A stretch of DNA of 63,650 nucleotides, the filler included, from Bigelowiella natans CCMP2755 (Eukaryota; Protista; Cercozoa), in assembly GCA_000320545.1 (NCBI GenBank). It is 3 parts of 3 records of this genome, joined end to end, with 100 filler letters (N's around TTAATTAATTAA, not from the genome) between each part and the next. Parts side by side here need not be neighbours in the genome. Positions count along the whole stretch, not along the records: positions 31,073 to 61,369 come from ADNK01003004.1; 2 more parts are not named here. One strand, written 5' to 3'. Position 1 is the first letter of the stretch, and each line of letters begins with the position of its first letter. Positions 41,846 to 54,862 of the stretch are shown piece by piece. The translations under genes and the position numbers were made by a program. The notes below the pieces were generated by a model. It ran no database searches and was not told the DNA's origin. It was given only the letters and a program-made list of their open reading frames with translations.

Positions 41846-42375
41846 AAACGTCTCATTTGAACTCCCAATGATAAAACACCCATGACGAAATCTTGGGCAA
41901 TAAATAAGCATGTGCGCGATCAACAAGGAACTCAACAGCCAGCGCGGTTATGCATTGTTGCCGCGTACAGCATGCGCCGCGTACGGCTATAGTACATTAT
42001 AACAGTCAGCAGGTACATGACAATCGTATCATTGACACGCGTGTGATAGGACTTCTAGACTTGTTGTGTCATTGATATTGCCGCCCATGTATCTTTAACA
42101 TATATAGCTAGATAGCTGTAGCACATCCAGGCGCATCGCACGCAGAGTTCATTATAATATATGCAATATGATATGTATATATAATATATATATACCATAT
42201 TGCTGTGTCTATTATATATTTGATGTATGGCAGATGAAAGTAGATGCATGGCACACGTCATGCGATGATGCATACTTCATACATTATTACATCTTGCCGC
42301 TGCTTCTGGCTGGAAAAAGTTTCATGATGTTGTTATTTTTCATGATTTGCATGGTGCATGAACTTTTTAATAGCA

Positions 42376-43080
42376 TCATGCGAACCTGGCCAGTTCCCTC
42401 TCAATCAACATGCTGTATTTGTGGCGGACTTGCTCTGCAATTCCCTGGGCGATATGCTCTTGAATGAGTCCCCTTTGCAATTCCTCATCAACGTCTATGA
42501 GCCCACACGCTGTGCGCCTATCCGAGCAATTTTCATAAGTGTCCCTACCCACTCCAATCGCGACAGAGCCTATTAATAGCCTACCAGTTTCACCATGTTT
42601 CACATCAGAACATACACACACACGCACTAACACACACACACTCACAGGCACAAATAGATAGACAGAAGGGCAGAGGGGCACAATACATTCACAAATTGTA
42701 TACAGAGATGCGCATGCACAACACACGTGGCCCCACACAAACACGCCAGCATGAAATGTATCAGGGAACTCCTCCGACATTCAAACGTAACGAGCTGACG
42801 GAAAAACGACGACCCCATCGTAAGTTGCATCTCGTTCGGCTCTCCAGCGTTAGAGCACCGATCTTCAAAGGTCAATGGAAAGCCTGAATAGGCGAGGTTG
42901 ACTGTCCGTCTCTCGTTGCCGTTGGAGCGGCTCTTATCGCACACCAATGGGACCCTGAAGCGTTGATTCCAATCGTTCGTCTGAGAGACATTACAGCGCA
43001 GGGAGGGGGCGCTGAGCTCACGATCAGAAGAGGATACCTGAGTTCGTTGATATCCCAATCGTTAGTACGACAGCCAGCTA

Positions 43081-43122
<42 letters not shown>

Positions 43123-43798
43123 ACATGGCGTTAACCTACCGAAAGTAGGAGTGCACCGTCCTTTAGCAGAGGGAGCTTGGTCTCGTGCAACGAGCACTTT
43201 CCGCTCGCGCCGATGATGATATCGCTTTCCTCTAACAGGGGCTCTAGATCTGTGGACGATGTGAAAATACTATTCTCCGTAACGGTATCCTCCGCTGCAT
43301 CAGCGTCTTCCCCGTGTTGGCCTCCTTCATTTTTATTTATGCTACTGCTCTTGCCGAGGTTCGGATCGAAGATCTTCGCTTCTATCACACCTGTCTCATT
43401 CAGGTGTGCTTGTATGTTCATGCCGATGGCGCCTCCCCCCAATATCAGCGCCTTTGAAGAGACTGTTGTTGCAAGACAGCAAAAATTGTATATAAAACCA
43501 CGGTGGTAATGAGAAGACAAATAGAAAATCCCACATCTTCACTATGAGCATACCTCCAACAGCAGAACGTCCCTTTTGACCATTACGAGTTTGAGTTATA
43601 TTAGAGAGCACACGAGGCATGGTGAAGTGGGAGATCAGCGGACTTTCGTATCTTTAAGATTATTCGAAACACAGGGCGCAGGAGTAACACGATTCATCTT
43701 TATTTGAGCGGCACAGTATTGCGGGGAAATACAATTAACACATGTACTGGAAATATGGAATGCGCCGCGTATGTGTAAGTGAGTTTGTTTACGCATCG

Positions 43799-43843
<45 letters not shown>

Positions 43844-45854
43844 TATAGAAAGAAGCTGACTTGAGTTTCGCGAAGCTCCGCGCGACATTGTACACAGGCA
43901 GAACAAGCGATCCACTGTTGTCATACCTGAAAAAAGAAATCGCCATTGTTGTAGATTCACGCACAATTAATGGTTATGTTTGTGTAGCGATACTACTACT
44001 GCAGCAGCTGCTAGCACAACTATACGAGCAATACTTCTGCAGCCTTTGCCATCCACTACTTGTCTGCTCTACTCCGAACATAAATCTACAATAAAGTTGG
44101 AGCCGAGCCAACAAACAACCAGCAAAAACAGCGATCGGTAAGTCACGCAAAATATTCTTTCGATCCTCCGAAAGAAAGCTGTAAATGATGCAGGGAAAAA
44201 GCAATACGTGGCTCCAAATTGAAAATTTAGATAAAAATCATTTCTTGCCAAAATCTCTTCTGCAGTGGGAAGGCCTCGTCGAGCGTGTTTTCAAAAGCGA
44301 ATGTCAGATGCGTACCTTGCGCCGTCAGAGAGAGCTGGGGTATGTAGAAGCATTTTGTTGACTTTTTCCAAAAGCATGCCGCCATCATCCATGATCACCA
44401 CCAGCGGCTTGTCTTCTCGCCGGCTGTTGCGATAGATAACATCGATGAATGGTATGGGCCATAGTAATGTGAGCACACCTGCCAGCGTTTGTGTTTACTT
44501 CCAGCAGATCTCTTATTCGCGCGCACACATCTTGAGTACTCACATCGAAGCCATCGTCGAAAGCCTTTCAGTTGGTAATAAAGAAGAATATGGAATAGGA
44601 TTTGCTTTGGAAGTGGCGGCTCGGTATGTGGGGGAAACAAGAGCGTAGAAGCTCTGGTAATCGAAAGAATGACTCTATGCACGGGGAAACAAAATTGTTC
44701 TCTAAGAACATTCTCCTCCCTTTGTCTGTCTTATGACCCCTCCTTTCAGTGTAGAGCGACTGACCTCGTGAGAATCAAAGTGCACAGAGCGCGGATTCAC
44801 GTCGAAACCTCTTTGTCGCAGGTAACTAAAAACGTCCGGGTGGGTAGAATAGCACTTCCCCAAGACATGTATACGTTCAGCGCTTCGCTCGCGGAAACTC
44901 TCGAGCATCAGGGCCACAGTGCCTGGTAATTTGAATGGACGCACTCAATCAGCTCCTGTTCTATCGCACTTAGTGAGTGTGAGTGCCTGCTTACTGAGAA
45001 GATGCTGCGATGCGAAGATGTGCGTGTTTGGAGGGAATTTCTTAAATCCTGTGAGGCGGTACGCCTGTCGAAAACGAACAAAACACGAGAAACACAGAGG
45101 TCATCTGAGCTCGAGATGCCAAATTCCATAAGTATCTACATCGAATGGGAAATTCATACAAGGTCTGCGACAGGCATGAACTCCCGCAGCCGGCTCGCCG
45201 CCCACATTCTCCCTCGTCCGACTTCGCGCGAGGAGGCCGCTTGTCAGCTTGTCCTGTAGCTGTTCAACCTACGTGGTGATGTCCCGAACAACAACTCCAC
45301 TCGTGTTGGTGGCTCCGATCGCACACAAAAAGTTCTCGTAAGAATCTACGAGCAATGCGTGCTTGCTTCAGCCATTTTCTGGGCGACAAACAACCTTTTG
45401 CTTTTGTCCGTGCGATTTTGTGCCAAATTCGTCATCGTATAGGCGGTTTTACACATCAGACTATCCTCTCAAGCTGTCGCAGATAGTAATCGTTTTCGCT
45501 TTGATCTTCCTCGGATCCGAAGAAGCGGAGTTGCTTACACGAACTTTCCAGAACTTTCCGTAAAACAGTGATCGATGGAATTTATTGGTGCGACATGCAG
45601 ATTTCGATGTCGTTATGGGTTAACCGCCTTGGATGGTGATGCAGCCTCTTGGTAGAATTCCGATGAATTGAAGGATCGACTCAGACCTCCTCCCATAACC
45701 CAAAAGTAGTACTTAACAGGACGCTCGCCAAGATGATGATAGAGCCCCGGCTAGACCATGCCCTCAGAACCAAAAAGCTCCGAGCCTCCGCCAGCCAGGG
45801 TAGATCATGGGAAACTGCACATTTTACGAGCCGTGTTTTTCCAACAAATTGCAT
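42376..45854 (-). CDS. Divergent S-adenosylhomocysteine-hydrolase-like NAD-binding protein; multi-exon, start uncertain
   Basis: Exons: HIFASQHLLS|TVALML...LGKCYST, VVIMDDGGMLL, GVEQTSSG, LPVYNVARSFAKLK|YESP, ALILGGGAIG (Rossmann), DIIIGASG, LLSV|SSSDREL and GFPLTF...MQLT. Same motif order as AdoHcyase, with substitutions. Confidence 0.75.
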
Positions 45855-46695
45855 TTCTCGCTTAGCCTTTAAACCCTTTCCATTCAAACCTCAGCCTCCG
45901 ATAATCCACAATGCTAGATTTCGAGGAGGAAGAGAACGGGGGATTTCATCGTGGCCCAAAGGCCCTGCTGCGCCTTTTGTTGCTGCGCCACATCCCATTT
46001 ATGGGCCAACTGGTTTTGGGTTAGGGTCAAAAAGAAAGAGGGAGAGAGATTTGTGTTATTTGGAATATAAACAGGCAACCAATACTTTCTTAAACTGGCT
46101 CCAGGAAAGCTCACGTCAAGATCCTATTAACAGCTGCAAAAAGATCAAACTGGCTGTGGAAAAGATAAAAGCCGCTGGTATGCAAATGCCCAAACATGTA
46201 CGAGATGCACTGGCGTCGAGCATCGGTAAACGAAAAAGAGTGAAAGGGACGCTTAAGCAAAAAGACGAAGGTCACGACCACTTCATTAGGTTATTAGAAA
46301 GTATCCAAAAGGAATTTCTTTCGGACCACAATGAAAGCCCCCGCCATGCTCGTCGTCGTGGTCTACGAAAAAGTGCCAGGCGCAGATTGAAGCTGAACGT
46401 CACTTCACATCTCCCTCCTGATTCTGGTGAAACTAAGCCACCTGAATTGGAAAATCACCGTAGAAAGCTTAGCCTTGAGACTAAAGAAAGATCCCATTTC
46501 GGAGGAAACTCTAATAAAAAATTAACTTACCCTCCTGTCCTAAAGACCAAACCGTTCCCAGTCCTCCTTCCGAACCAAGACCACAAGTCCATGGATTTAG
46601 AAGATGAGACGCCATTCAAGGTGAAACATGCAAACAGTCCTGTTACTCTCAGATATTTCCCAGCAGAGGATGAAAGGGGACTTGTCCATTTGTGA
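45733..46695 (+). CDS. DUF6604-like domain protein (intronless ORF; true start and C-terminus uncertain)
   Basis: YLEYKQATNTFLNWL...MPKHVRDALASSIGKRKRV...DEGHDHFIRLLESI fits the recalled YKxxTxxxxxWL / LxxAIxxR / HxHFIxxL pattern of DUF6604. Confidence 0.6.
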   Translation: MMIEPRLDHALRTKKLRASASQGRSWETAHFTSRVFPTNCISRLAFKPFPFKPQPPIIHNARFRGGRERGISSWPKGPAAPFVAAPHPIYGPTGFGLGSKRKRERDLCYLEYKQATNTFLNWLQESSRQDPINSCKKIKLAVEKIKAAGMQMPKHVRDALASSIGKRKRVKGTLKQKDEGHDHFIRLLESIQKEFLSDHNESPRHARRRGLRKSARRRLKLNVTSHLPPDSGETKPPELENHRRKLSLETKERSHFGGNSNKKLTYPPVLKTKPFPVLLPNQDHKSMDLEDETPFKVKHANSPVTLRYFPAEDERGLVHL

Positions 46696-47331
46696 TTAGC
46701 CAGACACCTGTACCACTACCACGTCGGCAGCAACGAGGCCGTGATGACAGGTTCCAAAATATGTTTTTCGCTCCAATTTGTGAACAAGTATTACCACAAT
46801 GCAAAATGATTCGAAAAGACACAATCGTTCGAGGTTTGAACGTAGATTTGTGGTCGCATCATTTTTTATGCACACTGTGCGCATCAGTTGCGTCAGAGCA
46901 CAACTGAGCACGCCGAAAGCATCCAATGTACTTTTTAAATGTGAATAATGATGAAAAATGAGCCATGAAAACTTTTTTTTTGTCAACAATTTATTAAAAG
47001 AAAATTTAGCGCATTTCATTCCTATTTGTCCATGTTGACATGTGCTGCGCGCATTTCAATGCTTGCAAAAGGTGCCGTTTGATCTGGACGTGCTGTTTCA
47101 GAACTGGGCATACGTGCTCTAGTATCGTTTTGAACCAGCTATTCTGTGCCAGTGTTTGGGACATGTACATGTGTCGTAGTGCACATAATATTTGTGTTGT
47201 TAACTATTGCGGTAGTAGGATCAGTACATGTCAACGACAGTAAGGCTAAAAATATAGTATTGATCTTTAGACCCTGCGGCCAAGGCAACTGCCATCGCAA
47301 ATCTAGGCATTAATTTTCTATGTCAGGGAAT

Positions 47332-48229
47332 CTACTTCACGATTACTGTACTGATTTTGCTATTATGGACAAGATAATCTGCCACTGATCCTACTAGAGC
47401 CCGCCCTATAGCACCCATTCCTGTAGTAAAGTACATGTATGAAAGGGGAGATTGAGCACGAGTTTGCCTATTATAATTTTAGTAGATATGCACGGATAAA
47501 TATAGCACACTTGTAGAAACGCGCTGCAAATAATCACCTCGAGAGCCGCAAACTAAAAAGTCGAAATCTTCAGCGTTTGTTCGGGCATATTCCTCGATGT
47601 CATACTTTACAGCAGAACCAGTTCTCTCATTACCGAGGTAAAGTTTTGGCTCCACGGGCATGTCTGAGTAAAATCATGAATGGAAGAATATTTCCTGGAT
47701 ATTTCCCGTATGTTTCTATTTATTTCCTTTGCCTCTATTCTAAGTGGTGTGAAAAAAATACTACCCAGTTTCTTCGCGAGGCCTACCAGGTCATTCAGAA
47801 CTGCCTCACCCTGCTGGTGAGCTCGCTTTTCTAGGCCACGGTTCACCATGTTGTAGTCGAACGTCATTCCCATATGTGGGATGATGGGGACCTGGTAGTC
47901 ATGCTGTCGAATAAACTTTGTAGGCCAAAAACTGTTTTCTGTCGCAAGTAGATGAATAAATCTAGTGCTAGATTTTTACCGGCTCATAGGTATAGACGTG
48001 GAACAATGTCACTTTGTCTCCCTTCTTGTATAGGATTTTGCTGCAGAACTCAACGACACGTTTGCTGTGTGCGGAGGTCAAGGGAGAATTATGGCCGCGG
48101 TTGGATCGATTGAATATCATAAAGACTTCAAGAACCCTAGTCTCGCTCCCCATTCTCTTTTTCTCTTCTTCCTATGATTCAGTACCTTTGCTCAGAACCA
48201 TCGACGCAGACGAGAAAGGAAGTTGCCAT
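47332..48229 (-). CDS. Universal stress protein (UspA-domain), multi-exon
   Basis: MATSFLVCVDGSEQ...DKVTLFHV...DFLVCGSRG|MGAIGRALVGSVADYLVHNSKISTVIVK*, containing the ATP-binding G-x2-G-x9-G(S/T) USP motif. Confidence 0.92.
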
Positions 48230-49137
48230 GTCGTTTTTCTTAGTCTCTGTGTCGCTTTTCTTAGTCTCCTACACATCATTACACAGTTGTTTGTAATCTG
48301 TAACCCTAGATTGTCTGTCTTTCAGCCGCCCCGCTTCTCCTTTTTACTTGTCCCAAACGACCATTAGCTGAGCGTGCGAACATCACTCTTCGTTAAGGCA
48401 CCTAACGCAGACTACCTGATCATCAGATTGAGTCACATCTTCGGTCTTCCGTTGCTTTACGGTCGTGCTCATGGTGTGATCTTTCAGCTTTGTAGGAATG
48501 TACTTGCTCTTTGTTTCGATTCAGCGAACTGAGATGCAACACGTATCTTATTTCAAAAGTAGAGGCAAGTTGACCGTCAAGAACGTTTGATCATTGATCA
48601 TCTCGATGTAGATGTAATGTACGTGTTTCGCGCCAGTGAGAAAGAAGCGTTTACGTTGTTTGGGTTTTAAAAGCTTTCGGGTGCTCGTCGGAAGTCAATT
48701 AAGATCTCGCAAGATCCTAATAAATTTATCCCCTTGCAATTTAGGTACAACGACATCGAGCGAAGGGCTGAAGTTCTACATATTGCAGGTTCTTTTGAAG
48801 GCGTCTTTATTTTCAACGTAATACAAAATTCATTTTTAGAAGTTTGACCGGTCGCAAGATCGCAAAAAGAAACAGATGCAATTTTCGGTAAAAAAACGTT
48901 TGAAATCATGACGCCTGTGTTAAATGTTCTATGATTTAAGTAAGCTTGCGCGGATGGGTACACAAGCTTGCAGCAGTCAAAAATCTGTCAAAATTCTCTC
49001 ATACCCATAACCTCCAGGAACTCATCGGGACAAAAATGGAATGCCATTTCACGGCTGCGGCATGTAATGCAGACGGAAAACAACAAAACAACAAAACAAC
49101 AAAACAACAAAAACAACACAAAAAAGAGAAAAATATT

Positions 49138-49256
49138 GGATACAACAACGCCGTGTTCCCGCGTGGTCCCCCACCGCAGTACTAACGAGTCCCAACGACG
49201 CTTAACTTCCGAGTTCGGCAGGGATCGGGTGTATTAGTCGTGGTATGGTCGTATCC
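49138..49256 (-). rRNA. 5S rRNA (single copy in window)
   Basis: Minus strand reads GGATACGACCATACCACGACTAATACACCCGATCCC...CGAACTCGGAAGTTAAGC...TTAGTACTGCGGTGGGGGACCACGCGGGAAC...GTTGTATCC: 119 nt with paired ends, followed by oligo-T Pol III terminator runs. Confidence 0.97.
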
Positions 49257-51882
49257 ATCTACATGCTAAGAAACAAACTACTGTCATCTAAATACATCAT
49301 TCGGACATTTCATGTCGCAGGGAAGAATTCACATGAAGATTTGATGCTTTCTGGTTGTATGAGGGTTGTCGCAGAGGAAAACCAGAGCTTTTTAAAAAAG
49401 AAACCAAACGCTCACAGCCCGGGTCACAGAGTTTCATAACCGGAAAAGAACGCTCGCCCGGAAACGGTGCTGGAAACAATGGGGAGACGGATACACGATT
49501 CACTAATTCCGGCGCGATTCCTCTCGACAATGGGCTATCTCATTGCGGCCTCGCTGGTTTATTTTAGTAAGGTCGGCAATCTGGAAGCATGCGATAAGTG
49601 CTCGTGATCATTTCGTTGTTGAGGGGCATGCTGACACTTACACAACTCACACAATCTCTCTTACCTCCCTATCCGTATATTCCAGGACGACAACATCCGG
49701 TCCTCGTTAGCAGCAACGTACTCCACATCTGAGTACGACACGAAAGACAGGTCTTCTCAGGAATAGCCTTAATACTCAGCTAGGATAAAATGCAATTACC
49801 TCTAAACGCACGTAATGGCACATAATACGCAGCGAAATTACTGCGGCGATAACTCTCGTCGTCACGTGCCTGGCAATACAAATCTTGAGCATGCTTAGCG
49901 GCTACACACTGTTCATGGCTCAGCTCAACGCAATCCGTAAGAGAATTTCCAGAGTTTTGATGACCATTTATCCCCCAAAACTGCTTATTCTGATGCTCTT
50001 GATCGCTGAGACTATAATCCGTGTTAAGGGGGAAGGGGGTGCTCGATAATACGTACAGTTGTGTAGATGACGTTGAAGGTGCTATGGTATTATGATTCAG
50101 ACGTCCTTTTGAATGCTATCGGCGCCATTCTGACCTGCTGGTTCATCTTAGATTCGTGGCATGTGAGTCATCATACACTTACAATTTGTCGATTCTGTTT
50201 CGGTTTAAAAGAGAGAGTTTCTGATTTGAATCCTTCAGGTTACATCATTCTGGTACCTCTTCACCTTTTTCAGGTAATCATCCTACTAGTAATTTGATGG
50301 GATGTTAAGTTCTTAAATAACATTACTTTTACAGTCTGCTTCCACTGGCCCTTGAGATATCGTACATGTTGAATATGATGTGCTGCAACATACAGGTATG
50401 GGATTCCGTTTCGTTTCTCTTCCTTCCCATCTTCTCTATAAATTGCTGATAGTTGTTTTTTCTTGCTGTAATGTAGTCCTGACGCTGATGCTTCCAAGAT
50501 TCTCTAACAGTTACTCAAATTTTATTGAAACATTGTACATATAGAATGTAGTATAATAAAGCTTCATTGTGTGAGCTATTTGCACTAGCTTATGTTAGTA
50601 GCCAATAAGCTGGCCTAATCCTGCTGTAGCGCGCGTGAATCGTAAATTATATGTCTTATTATGTTACGATGCGTTTTGATTGCGGTATTGCGCCTAGACT
50701 ATAGCTGATGTATGCACCATGATGGCATGCTCGATTATTAGCTTGCAAATGTCAGGGAGGATCACCACATACGATACGTACATGTTATACACATGTGTAT
50801 GTGTATGCACGCGCAATGACTTCCCATCATAGAATATTAGATATTATTAGACCTACTGAACAACAAAAAATAATGGAAAAAATAAAATCAGCCAGCTTAT
50901 ATGATTACTGTGTAGACACGATCATGATCTGATCTCTGGCACATGTATACATGTCTAGATGTGCATGCACATGTAAGTACGCGTGTAGCGAGCAACTAAA
51001 GAACGCTCAAGTATCATAAGTGTGCACAATCTAGGTGCTGTATAGCTGCATAGAGAACCACTAGTGCATTCATCGGTGTCTGAGCTATATTGAAAGCTAC
51101 ATGCAGATAGCTGTGTGGGCTAACTAGCTAGCTTTGTGCTTGTTGATGCTGCAGCCTGGTGTAAAATGCGCCATAATACAGCACAGGATATGCATGCAGA
51201 GAATTTCTGCACAATGAACATAATAGTTAATGGACTTCATAAAAATCTAATGTACTTCTGACTTATTTACATGCAATGCATTTCAAAACCCATGTTGTAT
51301 GCGTGCTTCAATCCGCTTGAGCACCTGCGTACGTACGTGCGCTAGACATTTGCATTTGGTCTCTAAGTCAAGTTCTTCCCAACATTCTTCTAGACATTCG
51401 CATATGGTCTCAAGTTCTTCCTGACTTCATCTATAAAAAAGCTTTAAGAGCATATAATCGTCGATCAATAAAAAGCAACAACATTTCCGCAAAAAGCTGC
51501 TCCTATGAAACCGCACAGCTACGCACTAAGCGTAGCGACACTAAAGCGAGGCCGTCCATGCTTTCACCGCCACAACAAACTGACAAAGTAAGACTGGAAG
51601 AATTACGGCCTCTAAGTTTCTGTTTGACTCTGATTTGCAAGATTCAGCCTCTGCGTCTTACATTCATATTGTGCAGCGAGGAGCTGGAAAGCACCTTCGC
51701 TTGAATGTCACAAACACAGTTTTTCGCCCCCACGCACTGCCCAAGAGTGCAGCATTGCTATACTATTAATTAATATACAGGCAATTCTCTTTAGGACGTT
51801 CAGTCGGAGCCAGCAAAAGAACAAGAACATGTAAATATATAAATGTACAAATGTTCTCAGGCAAAAACGTGTGTGTGTGTGT

Positions 51883-51926
<44 letters not shown>

Positions 51927-51936
51927 AAGGACTTAA

Positions 51937-52331
51937 TTATATTTTCTGCTGCTGCTGCTGCTCTTGAACAGTCTCCCGGTGAATAGCCAAGGAAGAGGCG
52001 ATTGGGGAGGATGCCGTGGCGATTAGATTAACTTCATTTATCATTGCTATGGTGGTGCGCCGCATCTTCCGTTCCGACGCCTTCTCCGGCTGTGCGAAAT
52101 GGGGATTTGACTGTGCGTAACCCCCCCCCCCAAGACCTATTGTAGAGCCGAATCGATGCTGTTCAAACTCTACTGGGTGTTCGTTGTTCTTACTAGGAGC
52201 ATGCGAGGTAACATTTCCAACGCCCTCGAAACGCTGCAAACCGTCCCTCCTATTGCCTCTGTTTCTGCCAACGCTGCTGCTGCGACTGCTGCTGCTGGAA
52301 GCCCGCCCCTCTCCTCTTCCCATTATATACT

Positions 52332-52362
<31 letters not shown>

Positions 52363-52858
52363 GGGAAGGGGGGGGGGGGGGAGATACAACATCGTGAATA
52401 TCAAGTCGCAGATTCGAAAACAAATAAAAATTATCGCTATTGTTTTCCCGGGTAAAGCTTCATCACCATTGAGTTCTCATTGATGTTCCCGTGCATATTG
52501 CTGGTCGTCCGATTGCTGCTGTCGGTAGGCGCCATGCTGTTCATCATCCGTATCCGTAGCCGCTTCTCACACTGTGCGAAGTGGATCTCGTGCTCCTCTC
52601 TGGAAACAAACACCCCAGGGCAAAACCAAGCAACACCGCAGCAAAGAACGCAATCACATCATGCGGGAACGGATTGCTGCTCTCAGAAAGAGGTGAATGA
52701 GGGAATGTAGAGAGCATCTTCGGTGTCCCCCTGGTCACTCGAGTGTTTGTGCCATTTTTTATCCTGTTTGCGTAGCGCTCGGCCGGGCGGAAGAGTCGAT
52801 CTCCGCTCACATACATTCCCCCAAAGGAAGGATAGAGATGTGGTGGCGATAAATGATT

Positions 52859-52892
<34 letters not shown>

Positions 52893-53562
52893 GGATGAGG
52901 ATGATGAGGATGTGCTATTATGCTCCACCTGTTATCAAATGCTACACCACAGAAATTACAACATCGCTCCACCACGTTGTGCTGCCTCTGTTTACAAAGA
53001 GAGAGCGAGAATAGGGAAAGGGGGGGGGAGCACTGATGAAGGGAAGATGATTGAATCACTTGGGGAACGGACGGGGGGGGGGGGGGGGGGTAGGACGAGT
53101 ACATTCTGCGTGGAAATGTAAGAAACTGTGGAATTGTATGGGCGTTTTGATATCTCTTCAATATAACAAACGACTCAAGTACCGACTACGCGAATCGTCT
53201 TAGCTGAGAATGGCTACTGATAGTTGTCATTTATTATTGATGTTCTTCGAGTTGTAGGTCGTACCAATCTATGCGTCTGTAACTTTCCCCATATCGAGTA
53301 GGAGCGGCCGCATATTCTGATTCGAAGGGACAAAAATCGTTAATCCCGTGCGAACCGTTATCACTCCATGGAAAAAAGAATATTAGGTTAAATCGCCGAA
53401 GAATCTTGTTCTGCAACGCGATGTGATTGACGATATCGTGAGGATGCGCGACAGCATTGCAATGGCTCTTGTTTCTAATAATATATGGACGCAATCTAAC
53501 ACTATTTTTTTAATTTTTAATTAATCGCTGCTATCACATGTCTCTCGCATATATTCATATAC

Positions 53563-53603
<41 letters not shown>

Positions 53604-54280
53604 TATGAATATATGCGCGTTCAGCTTACGTGCAGTTGAAGGAGCGATGTGTCCCATGCGTCCTCATATGGGTATCACGATTTTGCTTCATTCTGGTTAA
53701 TGCGATTGGGAGGTTGGATAGGAGGGGGGGGGGAAGGACGTAAGAGGGAACAGGTACGGCTTCTCAGCGAAATTCATTTATATAAAATATATGTATTGTA
53801 TCAACAAATTCGTGCATCATGAGATGCATGCTTCTTTTTGTTTGAGTGTGTTTGTGCTCGTGCTTGCGTGTGTGTGTGTTATGCGCGCGCGCGCACGCGC
53901 GCGTAGAGGCATATATGAGCATCTCCTCAAAAAACACAGGGAATATGAAGACTTACGTAAATCGTCTCTTGCAGATAAAACAACCGAACGGCTTTATCTT
54001 CATATGCACCCTGATTGGTAAAGAGCGAGAGATTAGATTCTCTGCTACATGGCCAGCACACTGAATAGCACGGGCAGCGCACGCCTTTGTGTTTCTCACG
54101 ATAAACGGAACAACATCCGATCATAGACAAGCCAATACGAATGCATGGGGGCTGGGATACCGGAAATGAATCTGCAGATTTCCTTTCAAGTTGAAGGCGT
54201 ACTTGCACACCTGCGCGTCGTCAAACATCATCGAGGTTTAGACGCAAGGAATAACGGACTTCGGTTAGGTAGTGGTGAAC

Positions 54281-54318
<38 letters not shown>

Positions 54319-54568
54319 CTCTTTCCCTTTCCCTCTCCCTCTTTTAAGACTTCGTCGCCATTGAAAGCGCGAGCAAGAGGCTTCTTATAAGTGAAAGAAA
54401 TCGAAGAAAACATGTTAGAAGAAAGAAAGAAGAAGTGGATTTTCAGCCAATCCCTTTCCTCCGCCCATCACTCACAATCAACACAAAAATACACCACATT
54501 CGTTCTCGCATGCGTTACCGCGCACACATAAGGACGCTGCCCCGTATGCATCTTGACATGTCTGCAAC

Positions 54569-54601
<33 letters not shown>

Positions 54602-54827
54602 GCCTTATCGCATGTACCGAGCGTACGTTTGCCTGTAAAGCTGCTGCTTCTCATCGATGTATCTAAACCACCACGCACCTCTTTAGATTGAACCGGAAGT
54701 TGAAGGTTCTACACAGTAACAACATTGAGCAAGATGGGATTATCAAGTAAGTACACGCTGCAACGTGCTCAAGAAAAAAAAAAATAAATAAAACTTCACT
54801 GTGATCAGCTTGCCGTTGTCCAAACCG

Positions 54828-54862
<35 letters not shown>

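Noticed and set aside
4049-45854. MTAP plus SAHH-like gene as a methionine/SAM-salvage cluster
   Set aside because: They are on different contigs and far apart.
49401-49560. Definite call as RNase MRP/P or SRP RNA
   Set aside because: Only partial motif resemblance (acaatgggctatctca; ccggaaacgg). There is no room for P2/P3 and no clear SRP helix-8 or Alu signature, so it is kept as an unassigned candidate.
49600-50500. Possible small multi-exon gene on the minus strand
   Set aside because: Some GT/AG-bounded open stretches are present, but no consistent frame or recognisable motif could be assembled.
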